A stretch of 64,000 bases of DNA from an uncultured virus (IMG/VR IMGVR_UViG_3300012277_000001) (Duplodnaviria > Heunggongvirae > Uroviricota > Caudoviricetes). Made by a program: the position numbers and the translations under genes. Positions 18,910 to 29,030 of this stretch are shown one piece after another. The first letter of the stretch is position 1; each line of letters opens with the position of its first letter. The notes beneath the pieces were generated by a model that searched no databases, was not told the origin of the DNA, and worked only from the letters and a program-made list of their open reading frames with translations. The DNA is taken from the IMG/VR virus record IMGVR_UViG_3300012277_000001, positions 62,001 to 126,000 of that record; one strand, written 5' to 3'.

Positions 18910-19977
18910 TCAGGTCGGCTTTGGCAGAATGCGTTGGCCGAATTTTACGTTCTGTGCCTCGGTCGGCGACCACGGTAGCTTGGTCTTAGGGTTCACTTCG
19001 AAAATGTGTTTCATCGAAGTATAAGTAGAGGCCTTGAGTTTCATGCGGTAGCCAGTGGCTTGAACGCCGTCAACGTCAACCACGGCAGTTACAGACAGGG
19101 AATCCGGTTCGACCATACGGGCACTCGGTACAACAGTAATTGCACGCACTGCCGCGTCGTCCACCGTTTCAAAAGATGCGGTATTGGTGTAAAGATCGGT
19201 GGTGCCTGCTTTGTTGGAGGACACGTAAGAAGAATCACCGTCGGGCGCCGCCTGATTAACCCGGCTAAAGTTTGTAGTGCCCGAATCCGGAGTCATGCCT
19301 ACAGCAGAATCAGCGGTCGGAAAACGAGTCATCGTCGTACATTTACCGATGCGTTCGTTGTTGTATTGACCAGCGCCATCGAGCAAGTGGTGGTCGTCAA
19401 CATGCAGTACCGTATGGCTAGTGCCGCCACTTGTGTATTGCGCACGAATTTCCCAAAAATCTAGGGTGTAACCCGTTATGGCTTTCTCGTAGACTTTAAC
19501 GTCGGTCATCCAAAGTTCGAATTTGTTGTTGGCGATATCAACAACCAACTCAACAAAATTCCAGATGTTAAGTTCGCACTGGTAGTTGGTGTTGACACCA
19601 TCGACATAAATGTACCAATCGGAACCAATAGAAACGTTCACACCCGCTATGCGAGCAAATTGCAAGTTGCCGGTAGGAGCCAATGCGAAGCGTGCGGCGA
19701 ATGCGTGCACTACACGAATTGTTGGCGTATAGGCCTCACCAGTCGAGAAAAACGATTCGGGCTTGATTGCTTTTTTCAACCAAACCAAATCGGTAGTGGA
19801 TGAAGTCAGGCCCACGCCTAGCGATCCTGCGTTTTTCCCGAAGCTAGTGGTACAAACGCAGGCGCCTGTAGGCTGAACAAAACCACCCGAGGTTAGGGCC
19901 ATAGATGCAACGGTAGTGGCAGTGTGCAGATTCGTCGTACCGTAATGATCGAAGCCGTCGTGTTGCAGAAGACTCAT
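18910..19977 (-). CDS. virion structural protein, ConA-like beta-sandwich, 355 aa
   Basis: WNFVELVVD, VDDHHLLD, NPKTKLPWS motifs typical of phage tail-associated proteins. Confidence 0.7.
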   Translation of the reverse strand: MSLLQHDGFDHYGTTNLHTATTVASMALTSGGFVQPTGACVCTTSFGKNAGSLGVGLTSSTTDLVWLKKAIKPESFFSTGEAYTPTIRVVHAFAARFALAPTGNLQFARIAGVNVSIGSDWYIYVDGVNTNYQCELNIWNFVELVVDIANNKFELWMTDVKVYEKAITGYTLDFWEIRAQYTSGGTSHTVLHVDDHHLLDGAGQYNNERIGKCTTMTRFPTADSAVGMTPDSGTTNFSRVNQAAPDGDSSYVSSNKAGTTDLYTNTASFETVDDAAVRAITVVPSARMVEPDSLSVTAVVDVDGVQATGYRMKLKASTYTSMKHIFEVNPKTKLPWSPTEAQNVKFGQRILPKPT

Positions 19978-19988
19978 AAAAATTCTCC

Positions 19989-20016
19989 AAAAGAAAAAGG
20001 GGCCGAAGCCCCTTTT
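19989..20016 (-). terminator. intrinsic terminator (UUCG loop)
   Basis: AAAAGGGGC-TTCG-GCCCCTTTTTCTTTT on minus strand. Confidence 0.85.
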
Positions 20017-20036
20017 GAAGGGAAGCTAATTCCCTA

Positions 20037-21092
20037 TTAAGTCAGCGAAATGCCGCCGCCTTCCTTGATGGTTACGATACGCATACCGGTGTTGTTGGGG
20101 CCGTTTGCAACCAACGAAACGTATTTGCGGTCGTTGGCTTCACCGTAAACGCGCAGCGGAACGTCAGTGTTTTCCGAAACTACGTCGGCAGACGTATAGC
20201 CCATCATATCCAGTTCGTACGTGTATGCGTAACGTGTGGTATTGAGACGCGACGGGAAGTTAACAACGTATTTATTACCCTCGGAAATCGAAACCTGCTC
20301 GATGCCGTTGATAATTGCGTTGTTGTAGTCTGTGTCAGTAATGGCACTCACAGGATCGGAAGGGCGCAACACATCAGATTCACGCACCACAAAGCGCATG
20401 ATTTTGTTGTTCACGCCGTAGACGCAGAACACAGGAGCCTTGCCAGACACAATGGTTTTGCCATCTTCGCGATTGACTGGACGCTGTATGCACACCCAAG
20501 AAATCGCCACCGCCCCCGAATCCGAAACGTAGTCTTCCCAAACGCACAGCACGATACCGCGATTGGTGATCGACAGGCTGTAAGTCATCGGGAAAGAATC
20601 CGACAAATCGAGGGTGTTCAGCATTACGCGAGAGGCGCGGTTAATGAAACCTTCTTCGGGTTTAGTCACGTCCGGCTGGAACGTGGCCAAATTGGCGGGG
20701 TTTTTGGTGTAATAGCCACCAACGGCGCCGATAGGGCCTTGCAGACTTTTCGAAGAACCCGAACCTGCGGTGCCATAGGAAGCCGTGCCGTCAGTACGCA
20801 ATGCTTGCTGTGAACCTACAGTGATGCCAGCGGTGTGCTTGTCGAACACCTCGATTTGCACGCGCCATGGTTGCTTGTTCTGCAATTCGGTAGCGTTCAG
20901 TGGATCAACCGTCGGACCAGCCTCAAGCGTGATCTTGTATTTGCTACGACCAGATTCGTCTACAGGAGGAACCCATGGGGTCGGAAAACGGGCTGTGAAC
21001 CCGTTAGTGGTCAGGTCGTTAATCACGGCCAACATCAGTTCGCCGACGTGCGTGTAACCGCTACGGCGAACATAAAAACCAGAAACTGCCAT
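20037..21092 (-). CDS. virion structural/tail-associated protein, paralogue of 21105-22259
   Basis: Shared blocks QPWR, EGFINR, QRPV.R..G, GKAPVFCV, SRLNT.RYAYTYELDM.GY. Confidence 0.8.
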   Translation of the reverse strand: MAVSGFYVRRSGYTHVGELMLAVINDLTTNGFTARFPTPWVPPVDESGRSKYKITLEAGPTVDPLNATELQNKQPWRVQIEVFDKHTAGITVGSQQALRTDGTASYGTAGSGSSKSLQGPIGAVGGYYTKNPANLATFQPDVTKPEEGFINRASRVMLNTLDLSDSFPMTYSLSITNRGIVLCVWEDYVSDSGAVAISWVCIQRPVNREDGKTIVSGKAPVFCVYGVNNKIMRFVVRESDVLRPSDPVSAITDTDYNNAIINGIEQVSISEGNKYVVNFPSRLNTTRYAYTYELDMMGYTSADVVSENTDVPLRVYGEANDRKYVSLVANGPNNTGMRIVTIKEGGGISLT

Positions 21093-21104
21093 TTAAAATT
21101 CTCC

Positions 21105-22259
21105 TTAGATACCAGCGCCAGCTTTCAGAGCCAGAATGCGCATGCCGTTGTTGGCAGGGAGGTTGGAATGCATACCGAGATAAGTGCGGTCAGTTTCTTC
21201 GTTATAAAGACGCTGTGGAACTTCGGTGGTGGAAGATACAACGGTCGCACTTGCGTAACCGATCATGTCCAGTTCGTACGTGTATGCGTAGCGCGAAGTG
21301 TTGAGGCGCGACGGGTAGTTGACGATGTACTGGTTATTTTCAGAAACACCAACCTGTTTTTTGCTATTGATAATAGCGGTGCAGTCTTTCGAATCGACGT
21401 CGGCCGATGCGATTGCAGAAGCGTCAACCACGTCGGATTCGCGAACTACGAAACGGTTGATCTGATTGCCCACGGAGTTCACGCAGAAGACAGGAGCCTT
21501 GCCCTCGGTGGCAACCAAACCGGTGTCACGTTTAACCGGGCGTTGCACCAAAACCCAGCTAAAATTGGTGCCACTCATGTCAGCAGCGGAACCTTCCCAA
21601 ATCGACAGGAATACGCCGCGATCAGTAATCGCGAGGTAGTATGTCATTGGGTAGGTGGCGCTTACGTCTTTGGCTGGATCAGTTGGGTAAACTGGCGGGA
21701 TTTCCGGCGAACTCGGTGGAGCGACGGTTTTCACATCGAGCCATACGCGAGCTTTTCGGTTAATGAAACCTTCCGTTTTGTTATTCCAGTGCGGCATGAA
21801 CAGGCTTGCATTGGTGAAGTATAGCGGACTCGGTGCAGGAAAAACGTTTTTGTACGGAGTGTAATCGTCACCAACAATACCTTTTGCGCCAACCAGCCGA
21901 GTGCTGGAACCGTTACCGGTTTCCGGAACAGTAGCCGTGGTGTATGGGATGGTGCCGGTGTCTGGCAGGGCTGCTGCCGAACCAACGAAAATACCCATGG
22001 TGGCATTGTCGGAAACTTGGAACGCAATGCGCCAAGGTTGTTTAATCGCCACGTCGGTTTTGTTGAGCGGATCAACGGCGCCGGTAGCTTCCAAAGTCAC
22101 GATGAATTTCTCGGCAGAAGTGCCGGAAGGTTTTACATAACCACCAGTACCGTCTACAGGGAAAATAGGTTTGAAGCCGTTTGCGATCATGTCGTCAATT
22201 ACGGCCAGTGTTACTTTGCCCGCTGTGGCAAAGCCTTCTTTGAGAACTGCGATACCCAT
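21105..22259 (-). CDS. virion structural/tail-associated protein, paralogue of 20037-21092
   Basis: Shares the same conserved blocks as 20037-21092. Confidence 0.8.
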   Translation of the reverse strand: MGIAVLKEGFATAGKVTLAVIDDMIANGFKPIFPVDGTGGYVKPSGTSAEKFIVTLEATGAVDPLNKTDVAIKQPWRIAFQVSDNATMGIFVGSAAALPDTGTIPYTTATVPETGNGSSTRLVGAKGIVGDDYTPYKNVFPAPSPLYFTNASLFMPHWNNKTEGFINRKARVWLDVKTVAPPSSPEIPPVYPTDPAKDVSATYPMTYYLAITDRGVFLSIWEGSAADMSGTNFSWVLVQRPVKRDTGLVATEGKAPVFCVNSVGNQINRFVVRESDVVDASAIASADVDSKDCTAIINSKKQVGVSENNQYIVNYPSRLNTSRYAYTYELDMIGYASATVVSSTTEVPQRLYNEETDRTYLGMHSNLPANNGMRILALKAGAGI

Positions 22260-22261
22260 TT

Positions 22262-22684
22262 TTAATCCTCGACGGTCAGGTACATGATTTTGATTGTGAT
22301 AGCAGCGGCAACAGGCTGCGAGTTCGTGATCTTTCCGTACACTTGAGGCTTTCCGGGCGTCTCAAGGTTCACAAAAATCGAATATTGCCGCGACTTAATA
22401 ACGGTTCCGTCACGCAAGGTAGTGGAGCCGTCATCAACAAGGTGGCCAGCAACCGCGACAAACCTGTAGGGTGTTTGGTCGAGAATGGGACTGTGGTCTT
22501 CAGTCCCGAATACCTCGACCACACAAGGTCCGTCAACCTCAAGCCTTTGGATGATTGCGGACTTGCCGCAATCAATCACAAAATTTTCCGTGGCGTTGGG
22601 GTTAAGCAGCAAGGTTTTCAATTGAAAATTCTTGCGTATCCGGTTGCCGACTTCACTTAGCTTTTTGACAGGTGTTAATGCCAT
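22262..22684 (-). CDS. hypothetical structural protein, 140 aa
   Basis: GAGG SD; in virion cluster. Confidence 0.75.
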   Translation of the reverse strand: MALTPVKKLSEVGNRIRKNFQLKTLLLNPNATENFVIDCGKSAIIQRLEVDGPCVVEVFGTEDHSPILDQTPYRFVAVAGHLVDDGSTTLRDGTVIKSRQYSIFVNLETPGKPQVYGKITNSQPVAAAITIKIMYLTVED

Positions 22685-22710
22685 GTGAAATCCTCAACGT
22701 TTCTATTAAA

Positions 22711-25700
22711 TTAACCACCTTGAATGAGGCCGGAAATTGGACCATTGTAGTAGATTTCGCAAACGAATGTTTTATCTACGTCAAGGTTGTAAACGTACCC
22801 ATTGAACTTTTGCAGGATTTTCACGCCCGAATAATTCGCAGTGAAGTCCTTTGCATCAGCCGTCGTGTCGAAGCCCATGTACAACGAGGCTTTGCCGCGA
22901 CCGGTGGCGATTTGTGCAGGGCGATATGGGGTGTTTTTGTAAACGCCCATTTGTGCCTTCACCCGCACCCAATTAATCTGCACTTGAACAACTTTTTCAA
23001 CCCGTTTTACAATCCCCGTTTGGTAGGTGGAAACACCAACGGCACCTGCATAAATCGGCGTTGTTCGGAAGTTGTGGAATTCATGAGCACTGTGCACTTC
23101 TGCTGTTTTACCCACAAGCTCCGTATGACCAAACGATCTTTCTGCCGGGAACATTTGGGCAAGTGTCATTTTCGGTCGAACGATATACATCGAAACATCC
23201 CAAACACCAGTGTTACCCGAAAGGTAGCGTGTGTAGTCCGACGATCCGAGTACCGAATATGCAATAGTGTCAGTGAAACCCATCGTGAACGTGGAAGCGA
23301 AACCTGTGGTTATCATTGCTTCGTATTCTTGGGTATCACTGTAGGATTTACCTACAGGTACATAATCGAAATCTTGATCAACTGGAACTACGGTGCCTTG
23401 TGGCACTGCATTGTATTCCTGATCAACATCGCTGTAGCCGACAGCAGCTTCTAGGAAGGCAGCATTTTCCAACAACGCTGCGCCCGGAGACGCGACCTCC
23501 AACGAGGAATTCTGAGCGGTCAATCCGTAGGAGGCTTGCAGTTGCTCTACCGTCATTTCGTAGTAAGCGGCACCCACACCGATTCCGGAATCAAACGTGA
23601 CTACGTTCTGCCCGAAATAGTTTTTGGTGGGAATGAAATCATCCTGAATAAACTGGCTGATTTGCGCGCTAGCCATAACAGCATCGAACGCCTTAGAAAG
23701 CGCGTGGTAAGACTGAGAAACAACTGGTCCTAGCGAATCTTTGGCCATCGCATGATAAGACTGCGAAACCTTTTGACCCATCGAATATTTGGCAGCATTC
23801 AATTTTACAATCAGTGTGCCCACTACCGGGCCTATTCGGCTGTAGCTACTACTCGCCAGCGCGTTCAAGTTGTGAACGGCAATTCGGGCTTTAGTGAAGA
23901 TCGACAAAATAGTTGCGGTCGATGAATAGGATTTAACCAAAATCCATCGAGGACTCGTAGTCATAGAGTAAGCACGGGGCTTAGTTGGAACACGTACAGG
24001 GTGTTTAAATAGCCACATCCCAACCTGTTCACGGGTAACTTCTCCGTTGGTTAGGTAATACGTGTAAACGTTAATCGAGGGCTGCCACCAATTAGGGATG
24101 CCTCCGACAATACGAACCCTGTCATTGTTTGCGATTGGCGACGATAGTCCAACGTCCACATCGTTTACAAACATGGTCGTGCCTTTGGCTATTGGGCCTT
24201 CCAACTGAATATAGGCACCGGGTTGGACGCTGGTAGCGCGACCCGTCAGCGATGTGTACATTCGATCTTTTACTGGATCAGCAACTTCGCCAAAATTTAA
24301 CCAGAATACAGACGGAATTTCAGAGACGAAAACCAGTTCCGCCAGCTGCGTCATTCGGTACGGAATACGTGGCGTACGCGCCAGAATCATTTCCGCACTT
24401 TGCGTAACTTGCGTATTGGTACTGCCTTGTTTTACCAACAGCTGTTCAGAGGTTTGCGTAATCCACGTTTCAGGATCGCCCGCCTCAACAATGAAACCAA
24501 CGTTGGCGTAGGAAACTTGCAGCGAGTTATTTTGCTCACCTTCCTTAACCAGAATCAGTTCGGGTGTCTGCGTAACTTGAGTGTTAGCAGCACCATCTTT
24601 TTTCAGCATTAATTCCGGAGTTTGTGTGACGTAAGTGCTGGGCACTACGTCTTTCATCAGAATTTGTTCAACCAGCTGCGTTACTTTTAAAGAGGGTATG
24701 GACTCGGTTTCGTAAATGACAACTACGCCCGGATAACCATATGCCTGTGGTGTACCACCAGCATCACCTTGACCGGGAACTTGAATATTGATTGTGCGGT
24801 CTACAATGTCAGCTTCAGTCAACATGAAGAAGGCAGCAGCACCCGAACCACCTGAATATACAGTGCTGGTGTTAGTGCCAGTGTACTGCCCAGCGCGGCT
24901 GTACCCGTAGTTTGAGAAAATGCCCAAACCTGAACTGAAGTATTGATTAGCCACGCCGTTCGATTGCCAAATAGTTTCGCTATTTGACGAAAACTCACCG
25001 ACTTTGCCCGGCCTAGACCAGATGTAACCGCCTGATAGTTCCCGTGGGCTGGAAACGCCGGAACCTGCGGTAAATGTTTTTTGGTTAGTGCTAACGATTG
25101 CAGGATCGCTGTAGATTTCCGGAAGTACCGCGTTAATTAGCTGTGCATTACCACCACCGCAACCCGACATAAGAACCAATACATTTTTGGTACTGGGTCG
25201 CAATTTGTGCACATAATTCTGTTTTGATGCAATCCCCCGCCCGACATAATCTGTTCGGTACACTCCGGGCAATGGGTTGGTCGCAACATTGTAGTTTGCC
25301 AACGAATAATCAGCAGGCTCGGAATACGCCATGAACCCTTGATATTCGTAGACGACGATTACGCCGTCACCACCATTACCGCCAGACGAACCACCCGAAC
25401 CGCGTGTGCCACTATGTTCGGATGTTAAGGTCTGCCCAGCAGGTTGACCGATGCCACCTTTAGGAACCGTCAAACTCAAAGTGGCGGGTGCCATAACCAC
25501 CCGGCTTTGGCGTCCAGAAGCGCCGCCGAAACTGCCGCCTTGTCCAACGCCCGTAATCAGAACGGCGCTCAAATAAACGTAAGCAGCGGCGTTCGAACCC
25601 GTTCTGGTGCAGGTTTGTTTTACGGTAACAGGCCCATTCTGTGTGACTGTATAAGCAACCGATTTACCGCCCAAATATGAGGAAGCATCAGAAGCTAGTA

Positions 25701-26892
25701 ATTGGTCATTCACATAAACGTTTACGGTGCCGAATGATGTGGAGGAACCACCTTTACCATAGGAAACGGTAATTACCTGCCCGGCGTACGCATTAAACGT
25801 CATTTCCAAAAGGCACTCGGTGCCTACAGCAACAGCATCGCTGCGATACCCATCAGCAGAACCACGCGTGAAATTCTGTAATGTAACCGGTACTGCTGCG
25901 TCCGCTGTACGGAAGTTGTTTGTCGCCCCCATACCGCTGTTTGTAATCTGAGGCGTAAGCTTGTAGGCAACACCGGCTACGCCGCCTATATCGGCAAGGC
26001 CCCCGGCGGCCCCCGCGTCGTTACCAGCGGCAATACGACTCGATGAACGGGTAGCAAAATCCGCGTAGTTTATCCAATCAAATTCTGTTTTGCCCGAATA
26101 CTGCAAAGATGCTTCGGCTGCCGTATAACTAACGGCACCGGGCGCAATAAGAACATTCCCAGCGGCAGTTGCAACTACTGCATCGCCACCTTGAAAGGCA
26201 GTAGCAGGGGCGACGGAACCGTCCAGATTCAGATTTACAAAGCCGCCTGCACCTGCACCCTGTGCAGCGATCAACATTAATTTCGTGGCGGATTCTGGAA
26301 CGTGTGTAAATTGCCCTACCGTGGAATATTCGGTGCGCTTCCAACCAACGGGAGTGCTCAAAAATGGCGAAGTTGGTAAGACTGTAGGAAGTGTCGGGTT
26401 CGCACCTTCGTCACCAACCGTGTCGTACATGGAAATTTCCCAAATACGCACGCGGTCAATACCGGTCGTGCTGGTAAACCAAATGCCCCAAAACTTTGCA
26501 GCAATTTGGTTGTCGGGCAGCAGTATAACGTTTTGGGTATTTAGGTCGGCACCACTGGGACCATAAACCCAAGGATTTCCCCGTGAGTCGTTTGGTTCTG
26601 ATGCAAACGTAATACCTTTTATTTCGGTGTAATTCGCTTTTACCGTACCACCTTCATGTGAGTACCCGATCCGTAAATCAGGCCCCCACGTTCCCAGCAA
26701 AAGGCGAATTTGCTTGGGCGTTACAGGTTGCGCAAATCCCAAAACAAATACTTCTTTGATCGCATCGCCACCGGTGGAATTGGATTCCCAGCGTGTGTTA
26801 CTTTTGCCGTCGATTGCCAAATTAGGGGGCGAGCCGCTACCTGCCGTATAGTAGGTCGTAGCGTAAGCTGTGGCGCCAGTAAGTTTTGCCAT
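22711..26892 (-). CDS. large tail fibre protein with N-terminal discoidin (F5/8 type C)-like domain and Gly-rich modules, 1393 aa
   Basis: LAIDGKSNTRWES discoidin motif; AAQGAGAGG...GGNGGDGVIVVYEY and MSGCGGG...GYPGVVVIYE Gly-rich domains; six (V/I/M)TQxxE repeats. Confidence 0.8.
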   Translation of the reverse strand: MAKLTGATAYATTYYTAGSGSPPNLAIDGKSNTRWESNSTGGDAIKEVFVLGFAQPVTPKQIRLLLGTWGPDLRIGYSHEGGTVKANYTEIKGITFASEPNDSRGNPWVYGPSGADLNTQNVILLPDNQIAAKFWGIWFTSTTGIDRVRIWEISMYDTVGDEGANPTLPTVLPTSPFLSTPVGWKRTEYSTVGQFTHVPESATKLMLIAAQGAGAGGFVNLNLDGSVAPATAFQGGDAVVATAAGNVLIAPGAVSYTAAEASLQYSGKTEFDWINYADFATRSSSRIAAGNDAGAAGGLADIGGVAGVAYKLTPQITNSGMGATNNFRTADAAVPVTLQNFTRGSADGYRSDAVAVGTECLLEMTFNAYAGQVITVSYGKGGSSTSFGTVNVYVNDQLLASDASSYLGGKSVAYTVTQNGPVTVKQTCTRTGSNAAAYVYLSAVLITGVGQGGSFGGASGRQSRVVMAPATLSLTVPKGGIGQPAGQTLTSEHSGTRGSGGSSGGNGGDGVIVVYEYQGFMAYSEPADYSLANYNVATNPLPGVYRTDYVGRGIASKQNYVHKLRPSTKNVLVLMSGCGGGNAQLINAVLPEIYSDPAIVSTNQKTFTAGSGVSSPRELSGGYIWSRPGKVGEFSSNSETIWQSNGVANQYFSSGLGIFSNYGYSRAGQYTGTNTSTVYSGGSGAAAFFMLTEADIVDRTINIQVPGQGDAGGTPQAYGYPGVVVIYETESIPSLKVTQLVEQILMKDVVPSTYVTQTPELMLKKDGAANTQVTQTPELILVKEGEQNNSLQVSYANVGFIVEAGDPETWITQTSEQLLVKQGSTNTQVTQSAEMILARTPRIPYRMTQLAELVFVSEIPSVFWLNFGEVADPVKDRMYTSLTGRATSVQPGAYIQLEGPIAKGTTMFVNDVDVGLSSPIANNDRVRIVGGIPNWWQPSINVYTYYLTNGEVTREQVGMWLFKHPVRVPTKPRAYSMTTSPRWILVKSYSSTATILSIFTKARIAVHNLNALASSSYSRIGPVVGTLIVKLNAAKYSMGQKVSQSYHAMAKDSLGPVVSQSYHALSKAFDAVMASAQISQFIQDDFIPTKNYFGQNVVTFDSGIGVGAAYYEMTVEQLQASYGLTAQNSSLEVASPGAALLENAAFLEAAVGYSDVDQEYNAVPQGTVVPVDQDFDYVPVGKSYSDTQEYEAMITTGFASTFTMGFTDTIAYSVLGSSDYTRYLSGNTGVWDVSMYIVRPKMTLAQMFPAERSFGHTELVGKTAEVHSAHEFHNFRTTPIYAGAVGVSTYQTGIVKRVEKVVQVQINWVRVKAQMGVYKNTPYRPAQIATGRGKASLYMGFDTTADAKDFTANYSGVKILQKFNGYVYNLDVDKTFVCEIYYNGPISGLIQGG

Positions 26893-26901
26893 ATTTGCTC
26901 C

Positions 26902-26930
26902 AAAAAAGGGGCCTTTTTATCGGCCCCTTT
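26902..26930 (-). terminator. intrinsic terminator
   Basis: AAAGGGGCC-GATAAAAA-GGCCCCTTTTTT on minus strand. Confidence 0.8.
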
Positions 26931-26934
26931 CCCA

Positions 26935-28971
26935 TTAGAATGTACCGGTGCCCACTGCGTCATTCAAGATGGCATTGCGCTCATTCGACAAGCGAACCAT
27001 GACATGAACCTTGGCAGGATTAGCGGTTGCGGAACCGTTCACCGTTACCGAAAGTGCGGTAGTCGAATCACCAGAACTGATGCCGACCGTACCGAACGAA
27101 GTCACATAATCAGGATTTGCAGGTTGAGTAAATGCAATGTCGTCAAAGAATGCGTAAGCCTGCGAGTATGCAGCGAAACCGAAGCGGCAGAAGTCTTGGA
27201 AGACTGCCAAATCTGGATCGCTCGACAGGTTAACAGTGATAGGGGTTGCGTTCACGGTTGCGCTGTTGAAATCCGATGCGTAGGCGCTAATCGAATTACC
27301 GTCACGCACAACACGAACACGCGAAGTTTTATTGCTCCAAGCACCCGACACAGTGCCGATATCCACGGCGGCCAGATTCTTGACAACGGTATTGCCGCGA
27401 ACATAAACCAGCATGAAGTTTTTCAGCGGTGCAAGACCACCGGCACCACCCTGATTTCGCAGGGCCATGATCGAATGGTTAACGCCATTGACACGTTTGA
27501 ACGCCACAACCAAACCAACCGCATCATCGTCAGAATCAGTCGAACCAATGGTAGCTTCAATCGTGAATTTCTTGTAAGAAACTGGCGCCAGCGACATGAC
27601 ATACGTCGAGGTGTTGCGCTGCACTTCGATACGGTTATTGTCGAACAGCAAGAATGCCGCATCATTGGAACCCGGAACGATAACCGAAGTCGGGAAGTAA
27701 TCCACGCCCGACGCACGATGCCACGTTTTGAATGTGTTCGCGTCGTTCGGTTCTGCAATCATGGTGCCGACTGCATCGTCAGAAACGGTTTCGTAATCTG
27801 CGATCACGTTTTCGTCCGATTCTTTATCAATCGAAACCGCGAACGTCAGTGACGACTTTTCCGGGGCGGTTGGGCGCGCCTGCAACGTCGGACTATTGAT
27901 GGTCAGGGTTGGCGTAGGCGTCATTTCGAACAGTTTGATTGTCCAGTTGAAATCGAGCGATGCAAACGACTGCGCACCGTTGAATTTCAAGACGCACGAT
28001 TCTGCCCCTTCAATCGTGTCTTGGGCACTCACCGTGTAGCTGCCCGGATTCGCCCGCAATTCAGAAGGGAATTTGTTGAACGAAATATACGGAACAACAC
28101 GGCGTGGAGTTTCGCCGTTGAAATTCAGCGTCAATTCGATATCTTGCGTTGCAGAACTGGCGACGAAACGACCGGAAATTTCTAACGATTTATCGCCAAC
28201 TTCCACCGAGTAGTAACGACCTACCCGCGAATCGGAATGCTGCCACGAACTATTGGTAAACATTGGAGCGGCGCCAGCGGGGCCGGGAATACCAATACCA
28301 GCGGGACCAGCGGGACCGGCAGGGCCTTGAACACCTTGGCCAGATGGACCGGTTACGCCTTGTGGGCCTGTTGGACCAGTGGCGCCGGTTTCACCTTTTT
28401 CACCCTGTGGGCCAGTTGCACCAGTTGGGCCAATCAAACCTTGTGGACCGGTGGGGCCAACTTGACCTGCGGAACCTTGACCACCCGAAGGCCCTTGTGG
28501 ACCGGTAGCGCCAATTTCGCCTTTTTCACCGGGCAAACCTTGGGGGCCTTGTGGACCTGTAGGACCAACGGGGCCACGTGGACCGATACCACCATAACCA
28601 CCAGCGGGGCCAGCGGGGCCAACATCACCTTTCGGGCCAATGCAACCAATTGCACCGTCGCGCCCGTCTTTACCATCACGCCCGTTTGCGCCTTTATCGC
28701 CTTGCGGACCGGTGGGGCCAGTTGCACCAACCCCGATATTCGAAGAAGTCGGCAACCCCGGAACCAGAATTACAGAACTGTCGGAGTTTACGATTTTAAG
28801 CGTGCCGGTTTCCCGATCATAATCTGCGGATTTGACGGTGCCGGTCGCGTTTTTCCGTTCTTCACTCGGTTCGAAAACTTCACCAGTATCACGCAGGATA
28901 TTGCCGATGCTCGAACCTTGAGTGCTGATCATCCGCGTCGGAATACGCGTCAGCCTTGTATTTGATGCCAT
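26935..28971 (-). CDS. collagen-like fibre protein with Calx-beta-like and L-type-lectin-like C-terminal domains, 678 aa
   Basis: Long Gly-X-Y run; [16 protein letters not shown] and DYVTSFGTV Calx-beta motifs; [13 protein letters not shown] lectin-like insert. Confidence 0.85.
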   Translation of the reverse strand: MASNTRLTRIPTRMISTQGSSIGNILRDTGEVFEPSEERKNATGTVKSADYDRETGTLKIVNSDSSVILVPGLPTSSNIGVGATGPTGPQGDKGANGRDGKDGRDGAIGCIGPKGDVGPAGPAGGYGGIGPRGPVGPTGPQGPQGLPGEKGEIGATGPQGPSGGQGSAGQVGPTGPQGLIGPTGATGPQGEKGETGATGPTGPQGVTGPSGQGVQGPAGPAGPAGIGIPGPAGAAPMFTNSSWQHSDSRVGRYYSVEVGDKSLEISGRFVASSATQDIELTLNFNGETPRRVVPYISFNKFPSELRANPGSYTVSAQDTIEGAESCVLKFNGAQSFASLDFNWTIKLFEMTPTPTLTINSPTLQARPTAPEKSSLTFAVSIDKESDENVIADYETVSDDAVGTMIAEPNDANTFKTWHRASGVDYFPTSVIVPGSNDAAFLLFDNNRIEVQRNTSTYVMSLAPVSYKKFTIEATIGSTDSDDDAVGLVVAFKRVNGVNHSIMALRNQGGAGGLAPLKNFMLVYVRGNTVVKNLAAVDIGTVSGAWSNKTSRVRVVRDGNSISAYASDFNSATVNATPITVNLSSDPDLAVFQDFCRFGFAAYSQAYAFFDDIAFTQPANPDYVTSFGTVGISSGDSTTALSVTVNGSATANPAKVHVMVRLSNERNAILNDAVGTGTF

Positions 28972-29030
28972 TCTTTTTACCCTATGCGTTGGCTGTATCC
29001 GGCCCTATAAAAGCGACCGGATTAACCGTG

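Noticed and set aside
28263..28740. Short GC-rich tandem repeats resembling a CRISPR array or VNTR
   Set aside because: They are Gly-X-Y collagen codons with no repeat-spacer structure.
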